DNA of 64,000 bases from a virus (lineage: Duplodnaviria; Caudoviricetes), in the IMG/VR virus record IMGVR_UViG_3300034071_000338, positions 148 to 64,147 of that record; one strand, given 5' to 3'. Positions 8,995 through 20,600 of the stretch are shown in pieces. Both the position numbers and the translations under genes were made by a program. How positions within the stretch are numbered: position 1 is the stretch's first letter; each line of letters opens with the position of its first letter. A model generated the notes under the pieces. It made no database searches. It was not told where the DNA came from and saw only the letters and a list, made by a program, of their open reading frames with translations.

Positions 8995-9615
8995 ATGAAA
9001 TTAAATTCAAGCATACCAAGTTTTAAAGCAATGGTAAAGAAATCTTACTTTACTAAAGATGAAAAAGACAGCAATGAATACTACAGTGTTTACGTATTTG
9101 GTATTCAGTCTTGCGGGGGTAAGATACTTACATTTCACGTTATGACTGATTCGGGAATGTTAAGAAGCAGAGTACCGCTATCAGAGATATATACCAAAGT
9201 ACCAACCAATGATATACCATTTAACTATAAGCAGTTATGGGATTGCTTTAGTGAGAACGTGGCCGTTGTTGAATACGACTTCTTAGCATTTCATAGATGT
9301 CAAGTTGTGCTAAGAGATGGCACTAAGGTATGGGCTACGTATATATTGACGGTGGATTGGTTTAACAATCCTTATAGTGATGAACCGTCTGACTATAAAT
9401 GTGGGCATATCTTGGAGGCAGATGATGGGTACCTACTTTGTATGCCTAACAATAGAATCTTTTGGAAAGACTCTAACTTTGTAACAAAGCAATTACCTGA
9501 AGATTTAAAGCAGTTTAAGGTAGATACCGAACTTCATTCTGTAGAAAATCAATCAGACAGATGGGTAGCTGAGGATACCAATTCATTTTATTACGACATA
9601 ATAGAAAACAAATGA
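8995..9615 (+). CDS. Hypothetical phage protein
   Basis: 206-aa ORF; QLWDCFS, TVDW and PNNRIFW motifs. Confidence 0.75.
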   Translation: MKLNSSIPSFKAMVKKSYFTKDEKDSNEYYSVYVFGIQSCGGKILTFHVMTDSGMLRSRVPLSEIYTKVPTNDIPFNYKQLWDCFSENVAVVEYDFLAFHRCQVVLRDGTKVWATYILTVDWFNNPYSDEPSDYKCGHILEADDGYLLCMPNNRIFWKDSNFVTKQLPEDLKQFKVDTELHSVENQSDRWVAEDTNSFYYDIIENK

Positions 9616-9947
9616 CACAAGAACAAACAATTCACGTAGGAATAGTTAATTCATTTAACTTAATTACTGAACGAAATAGTTTTGAGGAGATAGTTGAATC
9701 AGACTTAAGTCTATTTGCTCACAATCCTAACACAGACCCATCCATTGAGGTGATTAACTTTATGATAGACTACTTCAAGTCCTACGAGATGTTTGAAAAT
9801 TGCGTAGAGTTGATGCAATATCTTGGTGAAAACTATGATGACAATGGCGTATTTATACATAAAGAGTGTGATTGCCAATTGCCATTAATAACAGAGTATA
9901 GCGAAAAGATGTATTGCGGAACCTGTAATCAACGATTAAAGAAATGA
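9612..9947 (+). CDS. Hypothetical protein with C-terminal Zn finger
   Basis: ATGA overlap with the upstream gene; CxC...CxxC. Confidence 0.65.
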   Translation: MTQEQTIHVGIVNSFNLITERNSFEEIVESDLSLFAHNPNTDPSIEVINFMIDYFKSYEMFENCVELMQYLGENYDDNGVFIHKECDCQLPLITEYSEKMYCGTCNQRLKK

Positions 9948-11404
9948 CAAACATAATAGAGAAGACGTCAGGTGCCACAAACAAATCAATGTGGGACTAT
10001 TGCGAAGCGCTTAAGCGTGTGATACTGCAGAAGACAGAGGTTAAGGTTGGTAGAGGCAAGAACATTGAGACGCTTGAGATATATAAATACAAGAACAATG
10101 CTGATACTGTTGAAAAAATTATTAATAGCTGCGAGCATTATAAAAAATTACACGAGATGGAAAGTGCGCAAGGATTTAACTATAGAGATTATCAGATAGA
10201 GATTATCGAGAAGGGTTATCAGATACTTTCCAAGTATGGCTTTTTGTATTTGGCAATGGAGGTTCGTACCGGCAAGACCCTGACAAGTCTCGGTATAGCT
10301 GAGCGTGTGCACGCAAAGAATGTGCTGTTCATTACCAAGAAGAAAGCGCTGAGCAGTATATCAGACGACTACTCAACGCTTAGCCCTTCTTATAATATGC
10401 AAGTAATCAACTACGAAAGCCTACACACCGTAATGGATGAGAAGTATTGGGATTTGATTATATGCGATGAGGCACACGGAATGGGAGCATTTCCTAAACC
10501 AAGTGGTCGTGCTGAATTGGTTGCTGAAGTGATTAAAAAATATAGACCAATGGTAATACTATTGAGTGGTACACCAACGCCTGAAAGTTATTCTCAGATG
10601 TACCATCAGGTCTATGCCATACCTAATAACCCATTCGAAGAGTTTAGAAACTTCTACCGCTTCTGCGATAAGTATGTAGCAGTCAAGCAGCGTAAGATTA
10701 ATGGACTACTTGTAAAAGATTATAGCAATGGCTTAGAGACCATCCTCAAGGAGATGGAGCCGTACACTATTAACTACACACAGCAAGAGGCAGGCTTTAT
10801 GACAGAGACCACAGAGGAGATACTTGAGGTAGAGATGAAGGAGTCTACCTATAAACTTATCAAAAAGTTAAAGAAGGACTTAGTTGTAGAGGGTAAAGAA
10901 GAGTTAATTTTAGCAGACACACCGGTTAAGTTGATGATGAAGGTGCATCAGTTGTGCAGTGGAACGATTAAGTTTGAGAGTGGAAGCTCAATGATACTCG
11001 ACCTTAGCAAGGCTGAGTTCATCAAAGAGCAGTTTGATGGGTGCAAGATTGGAATCTTCTACAAATTTAAAGAAGAGTACAATGCACTCAAACAAGTATT
11101 TGGCGATGACTTAACCTCTGAGTTAAGTGTCTTTGAAGACACCGGTAAATCTATAGCTTTACAAATCGTATCCGGACGTGAAGGTATCTCTTTACAAAAA
11201 GCAGAGTACTTGGTTTACTATAACATAGACTTCAGTGCTACGAGTTATTGGCAGAGCAAAGACCGAATGACCACAAAGGAACGCCTCGAGAATCAAGTGT
11301 ATTGGATTTTTGCAAAGGGTGGTATTGAATATGACATCTATAAGGCCGTTACAAAGAAGAAAGACTACACACTAAAACATTTCGAGAAGACGTTAATAGA
11401 ATAA
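9944..11404 (+). CDS. Superfamily 2 (SNF2/DEAH-like) helicase
   Basis: RTGKT Walker A, CDEAH, LSGTP, EGISLQ and WQSKDR motifs. Confidence 0.85.
   Translation: MTNIIEKTSGATNKSMWDYCEALKRVILQKTEVKVGRGKNIETLEIYKYKNNADTVEKIINSCEHYKKLHEMESAQGFNYRDYQIEIIEKGYQILSKYGFLYLAMEVRTGKTLTSLGIAERVHAKNVLFITKKKALSSISDDYSTLSPSYNMQVINYESLHTVMDEKYWDLIICDEAHGMGAFPKPSGRAELVAEVIKKYRPMVILLSGTPTPESYSQMYHQVYAIPNNPFEEFRNFYRFCDKYVAVKQRKINGLLVKDYSNGLETILKEMEPYTINYTQQEAGFMTETTEEILEVEMKESTYKLIKKLKKDLVVEGKEELILADTPVKLMMKVHQLCSGTIKFESGSSMILDLSKAEFIKEQFDGCKIGIFYKFKEEYNALKQVFGDDLTSELSVFEDTGKSIALQIVSGREGISLQKAEYLVYYNIDFSATSYWQSKDRMTTKERLENQVYWIFAKGGIEYDIYKAVTKKKDYTLKHFEKTLIE
11127..11142. repeat. 16-bp palindrome copy 4 (inside helicase gene)
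   Basis: GTGTCTTTGAAGACAC, read as SVFEDT. Confidence 0.95.
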
Positions 11405-11420
11405 ATACTAATTTTGTAAT

Positions 11421-12392
11421 ATGAGAATAAAAAACCAATTGGGCATAGAATACTTGGAAAAATTCCCTTCTATAAGTAAAAGTTCAATAGCTGCAAAACT
11501 ATACAACGACAATGCTCACATATTTTCAAATGTAGAAGATGCAAGAACAACTTTAAGAAGATTGACAGGAGCTAATAAAGAATTTTCGTCAAAGAAAATT
11601 AATATACCACACACACCTGACTTACCTCCTTCTATTATGAAGAACAGGGAGTTTGTTGATTTGCCAATTAGTAGCAATAAGATTTTATGGTTAAGTGATA
11701 TTCATATTCCTAATCAAGATAATGATGCACTTAATTTAGCAATTGAATATGGAGTTAAAAATAAAATAAATTGCATTGTATTAGGAGGGGACTTGTTGGA
11801 CAACACACCTTTTACTAATCACGATGCGCCACCTCCATCAGCAAATGATGTAATAGATTGGTTTGAGTATTGTCAAATATTCTTAAGCCATTTAAGAACT
11901 AAATTTCCTAAGGCGCATATTGTTTGGATAGAGGGAAATCACGATAATTGGTATGTTAGATATTTAATGAAGAAAGCACCAATGCTTTTTAATGATGAAT
12001 ATTTTAGACTACCACAGAGGCTTGACCTTAAAAAATATAATGTAGACTTTTATGAACAGCATATTGTAGTTCGTGCGGGTAAGCTACATATGTTACACGG
12101 TCACACAATTGTAAGAGGATTTATGGCACCGGTCAATGCTGCACGTGGAGTATTTATGAGAGCAAAGAGTTCAATAATTATAGGGCACGTTCACTCTACC
12201 TCAAATCACTCAGAGACCAATATAAAAGAGGAGCCTATATCTTGTTGGAGCACGGGATGTCTTTGTACACTTGCACCTGATTATGACCCTCATAATACAA
12301 AACATAACTTAGGGTTTGCGCATATATTAGTGGAGGAAAATGGAGAGTTTGAAGTGATTAATAAAAGAATAATCAACAATAAAATACACTAA
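11421..12392 (+). CDS. Calcineurin-like metallophosphoesterase
   Basis: SDIH, GGDLLD, EGNHD, HGH and GHVH motifs; TAATTTTG promoter element at 11409-11416. Confidence 0.85.
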   Translation: MRIKNQLGIEYLEKFPSISKSSIAAKLYNDNAHIFSNVEDARTTLRRLTGANKEFSSKKINIPHTPDLPPSIMKNREFVDLPISSNKILWLSDIHIPNQDNDALNLAIEYGVKNKINCIVLGGDLLDNTPFTNHDAPPPSANDVIDWFEYCQIFLSHLRTKFPKAHIVWIEGNHDNWYVRYLMKKAPMLFNDEYFRLPQRLDLKKYNVDFYEQHIVVRAGKLHMLHGHTIVRGFMAPVNAARGVFMRAKSSIIIGHVHSTSNHSETNIKEEPISCWSTGCLCTLAPDYDPHNTKHNLGFAHILVEENGEFEVINKRIINNKIH

Positions 12393-12395
12393 TAG

Positions 12396-12827
12396 ATGCT
12401 CAGGGCGAAAAAAATATTTAGCTTTGGTAGGGTTATTAATGATGACCTATACCATCGTGTACAGATAATGGACAAGAATATTTTTTCAGGATGCAATGAT
12501 GAGTTTCAAACAAACAGAGAGTGGTGGGTATTCTTAGATGATAAAGGAAGTGTTGGAGCATATTGTGGGTCGATATATGCAGAAGGGATTTGTATATTTA
12601 TCAGGGCTTGGGTTAAGAAATCCTATAGAGGAAAAGGAATCCAAAAGAAATTGATAAGCACAAGATTAAGAGCAGCAAAACAAAAAAATTACAAAGTAGC
12701 TATAACTTATACTACTCCTAATAACTATCCAAGTGTAAATAACTTGATAGGAAAAGGCTTTAAGTTTTACTTTCCTGAGTACGCTTATGGAGGTAAAGAG
12801 ATGTTATATTGGTCAAAGCAGTTGTAA
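12396..12827 (+). CDS. GNAT-family acetyltransferase
   Basis: WVKKSYRGKGIQ acetyl-CoA motif A; N..S.NNL...GF motif B. Confidence 0.8.
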   Translation: MLRAKKIFSFGRVINDDLYHRVQIMDKNIFSGCNDEFQTNREWWVFLDDKGSVGAYCGSIYAEGICIFIRAWVKKSYRGKGIQKKLISTRLRAAKQKNYKVAITYTTPNNYPSVNNLIGKGFKFYFPEYAYGGKEMLYWSKQL

Positions 12828-13033
12828 ATATGCGCATATATCCGTATTTATGCGCATTCATACACTTATTCGTACGATAATGTGTCATAAAACGCATTTT
12901 TTGACACATATTTGTCCCATATAAGTCATTATCAATCATTTTTGAGTCGATTATCGCTCATTTACGGCTCATTAATGATTGATAAAGTAAAGCAAAGGTT
13001 TATAATTTTAAAAAAGGTAGTAGTATTACTACC
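12828..13033. repeat. Intergenic cluster of nested inverted repeats
   Basis: ATATGCGCATAT; TCGTACGA; ATGTGTCA/TGACACAT; TTATCAATCATT/AATGATTGATAA; GGTAGTAG/TTACTACC. Confidence 0.6.
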
Positions 13034-13050
13034 AATTATATAAAAAACTT

Positions 13051-13386
13051 ATGATAAAATGTATTTGTGTAGACGATAAGAATCGTCCAAGTAAAGTGCC
13101 TGAATCTAAATGGGTCAAAAAAGGGCAAGAGTACACTGTTATTTTTACCTTAATAGTTCTCCCACAGAAAACTTTAGCAGTGCAATTGGATGAGATTGAC
13201 CTTGATGAAAGCTGTATGCCTTATTCTTTTTTCTTAGCCAATAGGTTCTCGTTTAGACAAGAAGATATGGGTAAGCTGATTGACTTTATTGAAGAGTGTA
13301 CCGAAATTAATATGTCAATCCAAGAGTTATTAAAACAAACAAATGAAAGAGCAACAAGTACAAGCCAAGAAAATCAAGGAGCTTGA
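13051..13386 (+). CDS. Hypothetical protein
   Basis: 111-aa ORF; CICVDD N-terminus and F.ANRF motif. Confidence 0.7.
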   Translation: MIKCICVDDKNRPSKVPESKWVKKGQEYTVIFTLIVLPQKTLAVQLDEIDLDESCMPYSFFLANRFSFRQEDMGKLIDFIEECTEINMSIQELLKQTNERATSTSQENQGA

Positions 13387-13630
13387 GGCTCAGGGATACT
13401 ACGTTATCAAACTTACAATGACAAACAAGAATGGGATACCTGACTTACTTGCCATACCAAGAGATAGTGACGTAGTATTTATTGAAGTGAAAGCAACAAA
13501 CGGTAAACTATCTAAGCTGCAAGAGTATAGATTAAAAGAACTACAAAACCACGGAGTAAAGGTGGAAGTATATAAAGAACCTAAAACAGAAGAAGATGCA
13601 AGGCCGAAAAGAAATAGAAGAGTTGATTGA
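13343..13630 (+). CDS. VRR-NUC nuclease (possible Holliday junction resolvase)
   Basis: GIPDL, FIEVK and GKLSKLQ motifs. Confidence 0.85.
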   Translation: MKEQQVQAKKIKELEAQGYYVIKLTMTNKNGIPDLLAIPRDSDVVFIEVKATNGKLSKLQEYRLKELQNHGVKVEVYKEPKTEEDARPKRNRRVD

Positions 13631-14108
13631 TATTATTAAGAACGTTATGAACGTAGATATAACCAAAAAGACCAATGAAAGAATATATGTAGATGGCAGA
13701 ATGATATTCTCAAAGATACTAAATGACAGAGGTTATGGCATAGCCATATTGGGTAGAGCGCTTAAAAAACACCATTCAAGTATCATCCATTATAGGACTT
13801 CAGCCAATGATTTATTGGATACCAATGAGTTATTTGCTCAGAAATACTTTGCCTGTAAGGATAAATTTATGTCAGATAAGGAAGATGTATTCAAAATATC
13901 AAACAAAGAACAGCTACTTAATCAAATAGATGCACTAATTTTGGATAGAAACGCCTTATTAAAAGAAGTTCAAAAGCACAGAAGACTTAAGAATATAATT
14001 GAGTATGTAGATAAAAGGACACCAAATGGTAAAGAGTCTTTAGTGCTTAGAAAAATTAATTTAATGTTTAATGGACTAACCGACTATGGACAAGAACTTG
14101 AATGGTGA
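13596..14108 (+). CDS. Second DnaA domain IV-like HTH protein
   Basis: KKTNERIYVDGRMIF...LKKHHSSIIHY parallels the 3838 protein. Confidence 0.65.
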   Translation: MQGRKEIEELIDIIKNVMNVDITKKTNERIYVDGRMIFSKILNDRGYGIAILGRALKKHHSSIIHYRTSANDLLDTNELFAQKYFACKDKFMSDKEDVFKISNKEQLLNQIDALILDRNALLKEVQKHRRLKNIIEYVDKRTPNGKESLVLRKINLMFNGLTDYGQELEW

Positions 14109-14280
14109 AAATGCTCGAGCCGAGCGTATAGCCTTTAGAATCAATGAACATCATTTGCTATTGGCAAATATCTACGAAACCATTGTGGACAGGGACTTTG
14201 TGCCTGCGGAAAAGGACATAAGAAATCTTATTATAGACCTTAGATTAATATTAAAATCATTAGAAGACGATGACTTTTGA
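14086..14280 (+). CDS. Hypothetical protein
   Basis: Overlapping ORF in operon. Confidence 0.6.
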   Translation: MDKNLNGENARAERIAFRINEHHLLLANIYETIVDRDFVPAEKDIRNLIIDLRLILKSLEDDDF

Positions 14281-14683
14281 AACAGAGGTAGACTTAATCA
14301 GAGAGAAGAAAGCAATTGAATTATTCGTAAGCATATTTGATGGGTCATACAAGAAGCTCGACCCACAAGATGTAGACTATAAAATATTTGACAAGGATAA
14401 GAACTTAATCGCCTATGCTGAGGTTAAAGGACGCATTAGAACAATGAAGACAGCATATCCCCTTCCGGTATCAGCAAGAAAATTAGTGAAGTTAATTGAT
14501 AAAAGATTAGCACCCGTATTAATATGGGCGTGTGAGGACGGTATCATCTATGGCAAAGCAAACAAACTACAAGGACAAATCAAGTGGGGAGGTCGCCCTC
14601 CCCGTGATGGTTCATTTAGTGATTCCGAGATGATGGTCTACTTTGACAATCAGAAGGAGCTTAAGTACATTAGGTACGTTTAG
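14270..14683 (+). CDS. PD-(D/E)XK-type nuclease
   Basis: D...DY...AYAEVKGR catalytic pattern. Confidence 0.6.
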   Translation: MTFETEVDLIREKKAIELFVSIFDGSYKKLDPQDVDYKIFDKDKNLIAYAEVKGRIRTMKTAYPLPVSARKLVKLIDKRLAPVLIWACEDGIIYGKANKLQGQIKWGGRPPRDGSFSDSEMMVYFDNQKELKYIRYV

Positions 14684-17600
14684 TACAGTTTCTGTAATCC
14701 TCCTTTACCCTTTTTAGGCTTAGGAGTATAATCGTACATCTCATCTTTCATTGCTCTTTCTACACTATCCTTCTCTCTCTTAATTAATTTTTCCGCTTGT
14801 TTTGCATCATAGTCAGGAGCGTCAGGACCGAATGTTCTATACCAAAGGTCATAATCATAGCGCTTCATATCCTCTTGGTTTTGAAATCCTTGAAGTTTTT
14901 CTTCCTCAGCTTTCTTTTTATCTCCTTTAGTTCTATCAGCTTTCTCAAGGTCTTTGTAAAGGTCTTTCATTACAGCTTTACGAATGTCTTTGTATAAAGG
15001 AACAAGACCTAAGTTTCCTAATACCTCAAGAGGAATTCTTACATTAAGTTCTTTTTCTCTTCTCGCAATAGCATCTTCTTTTACCTTTTCTTTCTCTGTC
15101 ACTTTTTTAACAATAAAAGCAGCAGTATTTAACGCAGGAGTATAAGCACCTCCCATATTCATAAGTAATTTACCTAAGTCTGTTTGTTTGCTATCGTCCC
15201 TTGGTATTAATGTGTAAGCAATACCATCTTTGTATGGGTCGTAATCTCCTTCTCTTAAAAAGTCAAGGTACTTTTCATTTGCTTCTTCTATACCATAGTT
15301 TAATACATTCTTAACAGCGTTACCGAAATCTCTTCCGATTAATAATGAACTAAATGCAGAAGCGAATGCTTGACCAAGTTTCTGCATAAATGATTTTTCT
15401 GTTTCAGGCTCTTCATCATCAAAGAATAATCCCATAAGACCCGTGCCCAACATTTGAAAAATTAATCCATATAACACCATACGTGTAGCAACTGCTCCAA
15501 GAACTGCACCACCTTGTTGTTTAGTTAATGAGCCATTACCAATCGCTGCCATAATAGCTGTACGTGCTGTAACATATTCAAATATCAAAAACTTTGTCAT
15601 AAAGTTATTCATATTATTAAATGCTCTTAATGCAAGTTTTTGGTCAGGCTTTACAGTTCCTTTTAAAATACCCATAAATGGATTGTCAGTTGCTCCCACC
15701 ATTACAGACCTTTCATCTGCAAGTTCAGTAGCTTTATCAAGAGCCTCTTTGTTGGCTTCCATATACGCTTCGTCATTTGCTGCAATCTTTTCAAAGTCTA
15801 CCTCTTTTCCTGTGATATTTTCAAATTGATTAGCAAATGAACCAAACCACATAGGTCTCATTATAACTTTATCAGGAGTCGAAATCAAAGCATCAGCTTG
15901 AAGCTCAACTGCATTAACATATTTTTTACCTGACCTATTCCAAATTTGTTGAATTTTATTTTTAACAGGATTCTTTGATACAGCACCTTTAATTCCACTT
16001 GCTTGACTTAATATTGAAGTATCAACTAATCTTCCTGATAATGTATCTGTAGGGAAAATTCTATTAGTCTGCTTGCTTTTTAAGTTTTCCATTATAGTAG
16101 GAGCATCTGAAGACATAATAATTCCTCTATATTTTACACCTGATGCAAGAGCTTTAGGGTCGCTAATTACTGCAAAACCAATGTTTGAACTTAATTCGGA
16201 TACAAACCTGCTTGTACCTGCAAGTACTGCACGGTATCCTTGCTTATTTATGTAATCAAGTGCTATGTCTAATGTTGAATCCTGAGTAAATGTATTTGTC
16301 AATAAATTATCTACCGTCTCTTCAAATGCAGCATTGATAGCGTTTATTATTTGTCTTTGCTCTTTAGGTATTCTTCCTTTACTTTCTAAATTAGCAATAG
16401 TACCATTGATAGTTTTACGAGCTGTACGTATTGGCTTCGTCAAATTAAAATCCATCAATACAAACTTAGCACCACGCTGAGCACTTGCGAATACGTCAAA
16501 GTTTAATGGAGACACCTTGCCTGTTCTTGCAATCAAAGACTTTGCTTTAGTAGATGGCCTCATTGCGTTGTTATATTCAGTAACAAATGCACTTCCTGAT
16601 GTTAAATCGCTTGGTTGAAATTCGTGTAGTACGTTTAAGTGAACATAGTTATTCAACGGGTCAATTCTATCGCCACGAATAATCGCTGCAGTAAACTCAG
16701 CTTGCTCTCTTAAAGATTCGTTTATACCACGAATATCATTAATGGCATCTTTCTCAGCTTGATTAAATGATTTGTATAACTTTTCATTATCAATATTTCC
16801 ATCAGTAGAAAAATCTTTAAGTATTTGTTGCAACATTTCAGCATCACGTTCTCCAAATCGAGACTTGCCTGCATCAATGTGCTTAATGGTAGCTTTTAAA
16901 TAATCAGCAGCAGGATTTACTTCCTTGTTTCCTTTGTTTGATTCGTACTCAAGCTGAATCATATATGTCATCATCTTAAACTTAGACATAGTCACTGCAT
17001 TAGGTTCAAGCCCAAGCGATTTAGCTACTTTTTCTTCAGCTTTCTCTAATATATTTTGAACTCTATTTAATTGAGTTTTAAATGCAGCAACCGCTTTTGC
17101 AGGCTCACTGAATAATGAATTAAATATATCCTTTGTTTTAAAGTTTCCAAATAATTGGTCAATATAAAATAAAGGGTTTCTTCTAATCATCTCTAAGACA
17201 CCTGTTCTTCCTTGCATTGCAACTTCAGCTTTTACTTTAGAATACAATTGAGAAAACTTATACATTTTACTTTGCTCAACGGCTTTAGTTAAGACCTTGT
17301 CAGTATTAAGTCCATTTAATTTCTCTAACATTATCTCTCCGTAGTGAGGTAAGTAGTTGTTATTTATATTATCAATAACCTTAAGCAAGTTCTTTAACTC
17401 AGTGTTGGTTAAACCATCTACTGCATCAGTTTTAACAACCCTACTTAACTCCTTAATTGTATCTCTTTCATACTTAGTAGAAAGACCTGAGCCATCAATA
17501 GTAGATTTTTTTACTGCATCAGTTAGTTCTTTTCTTTCTGCTGCTAACTCCTCTTCGGTAAGCTCAGTTTCTTCAACTTGAGGAGCAATATCATCCTTAT

Positions 17601-20600
17601 ACTTACGCATAGTCTCTGCTTCCTTATCGTCAATCTCTTTCTCATCAAGCATTTTCTTAACTGATGCTGCGTAGTCTAACTCATTATCCTTATATACCTT
17701 GTTCTCTGAATTATTGAATCTATCAGCTAACTCATCAGCTTTTGATTGTTCGTTGTCAATCTCATCAAGGATAGCTTGAACATCTTTAGTTACTACAGAC
17801 TTCTCATCAAGTGTAAGCACTGCTTGTCTTGCGCCAAACATATCAACCAATTCTAAGTAACGACCAAGGAACTGATTAGGTATAAGTGTTGGGTTAATAG
17901 AAAATAATCTATTCAATGGTCCTACTAATCCATCAGCGATACCAATCTTAGTAACAATGTTCTTCTTAGCCATCTTTAACTTGCTCTTAGCTACGTCAAT
18001 CTTATCAGCATACTCTGCGTTTGCAAACACCTTAGCCATATAGTCAACAAAGTTTGACACTGAAATCTCGTTTAGCATATTCACCTTGCCAAATCTTGAT
18101 ACAATATTAGCTGCTTGGATAGATGTAATCTTTCCTTTTGATGCCATCTCTCTAATGTCCTTAGCCAATTCCTTAGCTGCATCTCTTGATAAGTCTCTGA
18201 TTTGCTTGATGACAAGCATCTTCTCTTCTCTTGAGATATTGGTAATGTCTTTTAATGCGCCAAGCACACGTCCAATTGACACAGCACGCTTAGCTCCAAC
18301 ACCCATTTTAAATCTACCTTCACGCTCCATTACTTTCTTCTGAGCATCTGTAGCTCGACTATACACCTCAGAGTTTCTAATTAAAGTATCTAAGTTTGAT
18401 ATTATCTTGGCATCAGCTATACCTCTTCTTTTTTGACGAGTAATTAACTCATCAACCTTTGTCATTAATTCAGTGTAGCCCGGCAACTTATCTTCAGTAA
18501 CTTTTTCTCTTTCATTGAAAAAGTCTGTTACCGTTTTTTCTATATTATTTCTCTTAGCTTCTCCTAATACGTTTACTATTTCTTTTATGGCTTCTTTTAA
18601 TGCGACAGAAAATTCTACTCCTCTATCCATTAACCTACCAATCTCAACAACTGACTTAGCTATTAATCTCTTAAATTCATCTGCGCTTAATCCTGCTTTT
18701 TGAGTTCCTTCAGGTAGCGTAGGAGTAAACCAAGATGGCAATTCAAAGTTATCTATATCTTCAGCTAACTTTAATGCTTTGGTTTCAAACTCACCTTTAG
18801 CTTTAGTCTTAGCTTTTTTAGCTGCAACTTTAGCTTTTTCTTTAGCCTTTTTATTTTGCTCTTTGTCAAACTCTTTCTTCTTAATCTTATTATAACTATC
18901 AGCAACTGCTTGCTTAGCTTCTCCTAATGTTTCAAATCCATCAAAGCCAATCTCATTACCATCAATATCCTCTGCGGTAAATGAGAACATTTTATCTTCA
19001 TCAGTAAGTTTTGTTATAGTTCCAATAGGGTCACCATCTGCATTACGTGCTTCAACAGTAAGTGATGATATGTATGTTACAGTTCTTCCACTTTCAGTTT
19101 CTTTTTCATCTTCAAGATAGTCAATAGCATTATCCTTAGTGAACGCATCAGTCTTAACTTCAGACGCTTGCACAGGGACAAACTGCTCTTCTTCTTCTAT
19201 TACAAGAGTAGCTTCTGCTTGAACAGGCTTATAGTCTATTAAAGATTGCGGAGCCTTACCATTGTTACCTGCATCCCATTGTGACTTATCAGCAGCATCT
19301 ACATTGTTTTTAAATGCTTCTACATCATTCATAAAGGATTCGGCAAGTGTAGAATTTGGATTAGTAAATGCATCATAATATAAGTCGCTTAATCTTGCGG
19401 CCTCATCTCTTAAATTATCATCTACATTAGTATCTCTTTGAATCTCATAAAAATAATGACCAAGCCCATCAGGGATATTCCAACCAAGACGAGCACGTAC
19501 TGCATCTAACTTTTGTTTAGCTGTAGCTTTTTGTTTCTCATCTCCGGTAAATCCTTTTAAGCCATCTTTAGCTAAATAGGCTTCATTGGTAATCACTTGA
19601 ACTTCTGCGATTGTACCATTAGATGTACGAATTTCAATAAGTCTTTTTGGATAACCTAAGTCTGTAGTCTCGGTAATTCTTCTTAATTCTTTGTCGCCCG
19701 GATATTTCTCATCAATTGTTTTAAATACTTTATCAGCATTAGCTTCAGTATCTACTACAATATTTACACGTGCGCCATCACCAAGTTTTTCGGTGAATGC
19801 ATTATACCATCTGATAGCTTTAACAGATGCACGTTCAGGGCGTTTAATTGGGAATGGGGATATGGATGCATCAACTTCAGCAATGGCATCTTGTGCAATG
19901 CTTTCTACTTCGGCCTTAGCGTCTTCGTAAAGTTTTTTATTTGTTTCAAATGTACGCTGCACTGCAGGCTGTACTACTTTATTTAACTCGTTAAATCGAG
20001 TTTGTTCTTCAGGAGATAACTTTTTTCCTTCTTTTTGTAAATCAATTTCTTTTTGACGCAAGTCAGCAAGTTCAACTGCAAGTGCTTCTACTTTTGTGGT
20101 TGATTCTTTGAACGATTTAAGAACGTCACTTCTATCGAATTGTCTTGTTGGGTCTGAGGTTCCTTCATTTTTGGCTCCTTGGTAAGAAGATTTTTTGATT
20201 CTAACCGTTGGTTTAACTTTGACATTAGGTCCGAGTACATCAGCCGTTGCTTTTTCGGCTGCGATTGACTTTGAGTCAAGGTCTCTTGTTCGTTCTTCAT
20301 ATTGTTCATCTTCTGTTAAATTTTGTTGGTCAGTATCTTCAAAGAATTTAATTATAGATACTTTAATCTCGTTATTATTAATGTTGAATGCCTCAACACC
20401 ATTCTTTTCAAGTTCAACTGACAGGTCTGTAACTTGTTCGTCAGTTATTGGTTCATCAAAGGTATAAATAATTTGTGGATAATGCATCAAATTATTTTCA
20501 TCAAATTCAGTAAGAGGTATATCTCTCTTTCCACTAAACACATCTGACTCATATTCAGAGTCTGTTTCTAATATAAATGCATCTTGAGAATACTTCTCAG

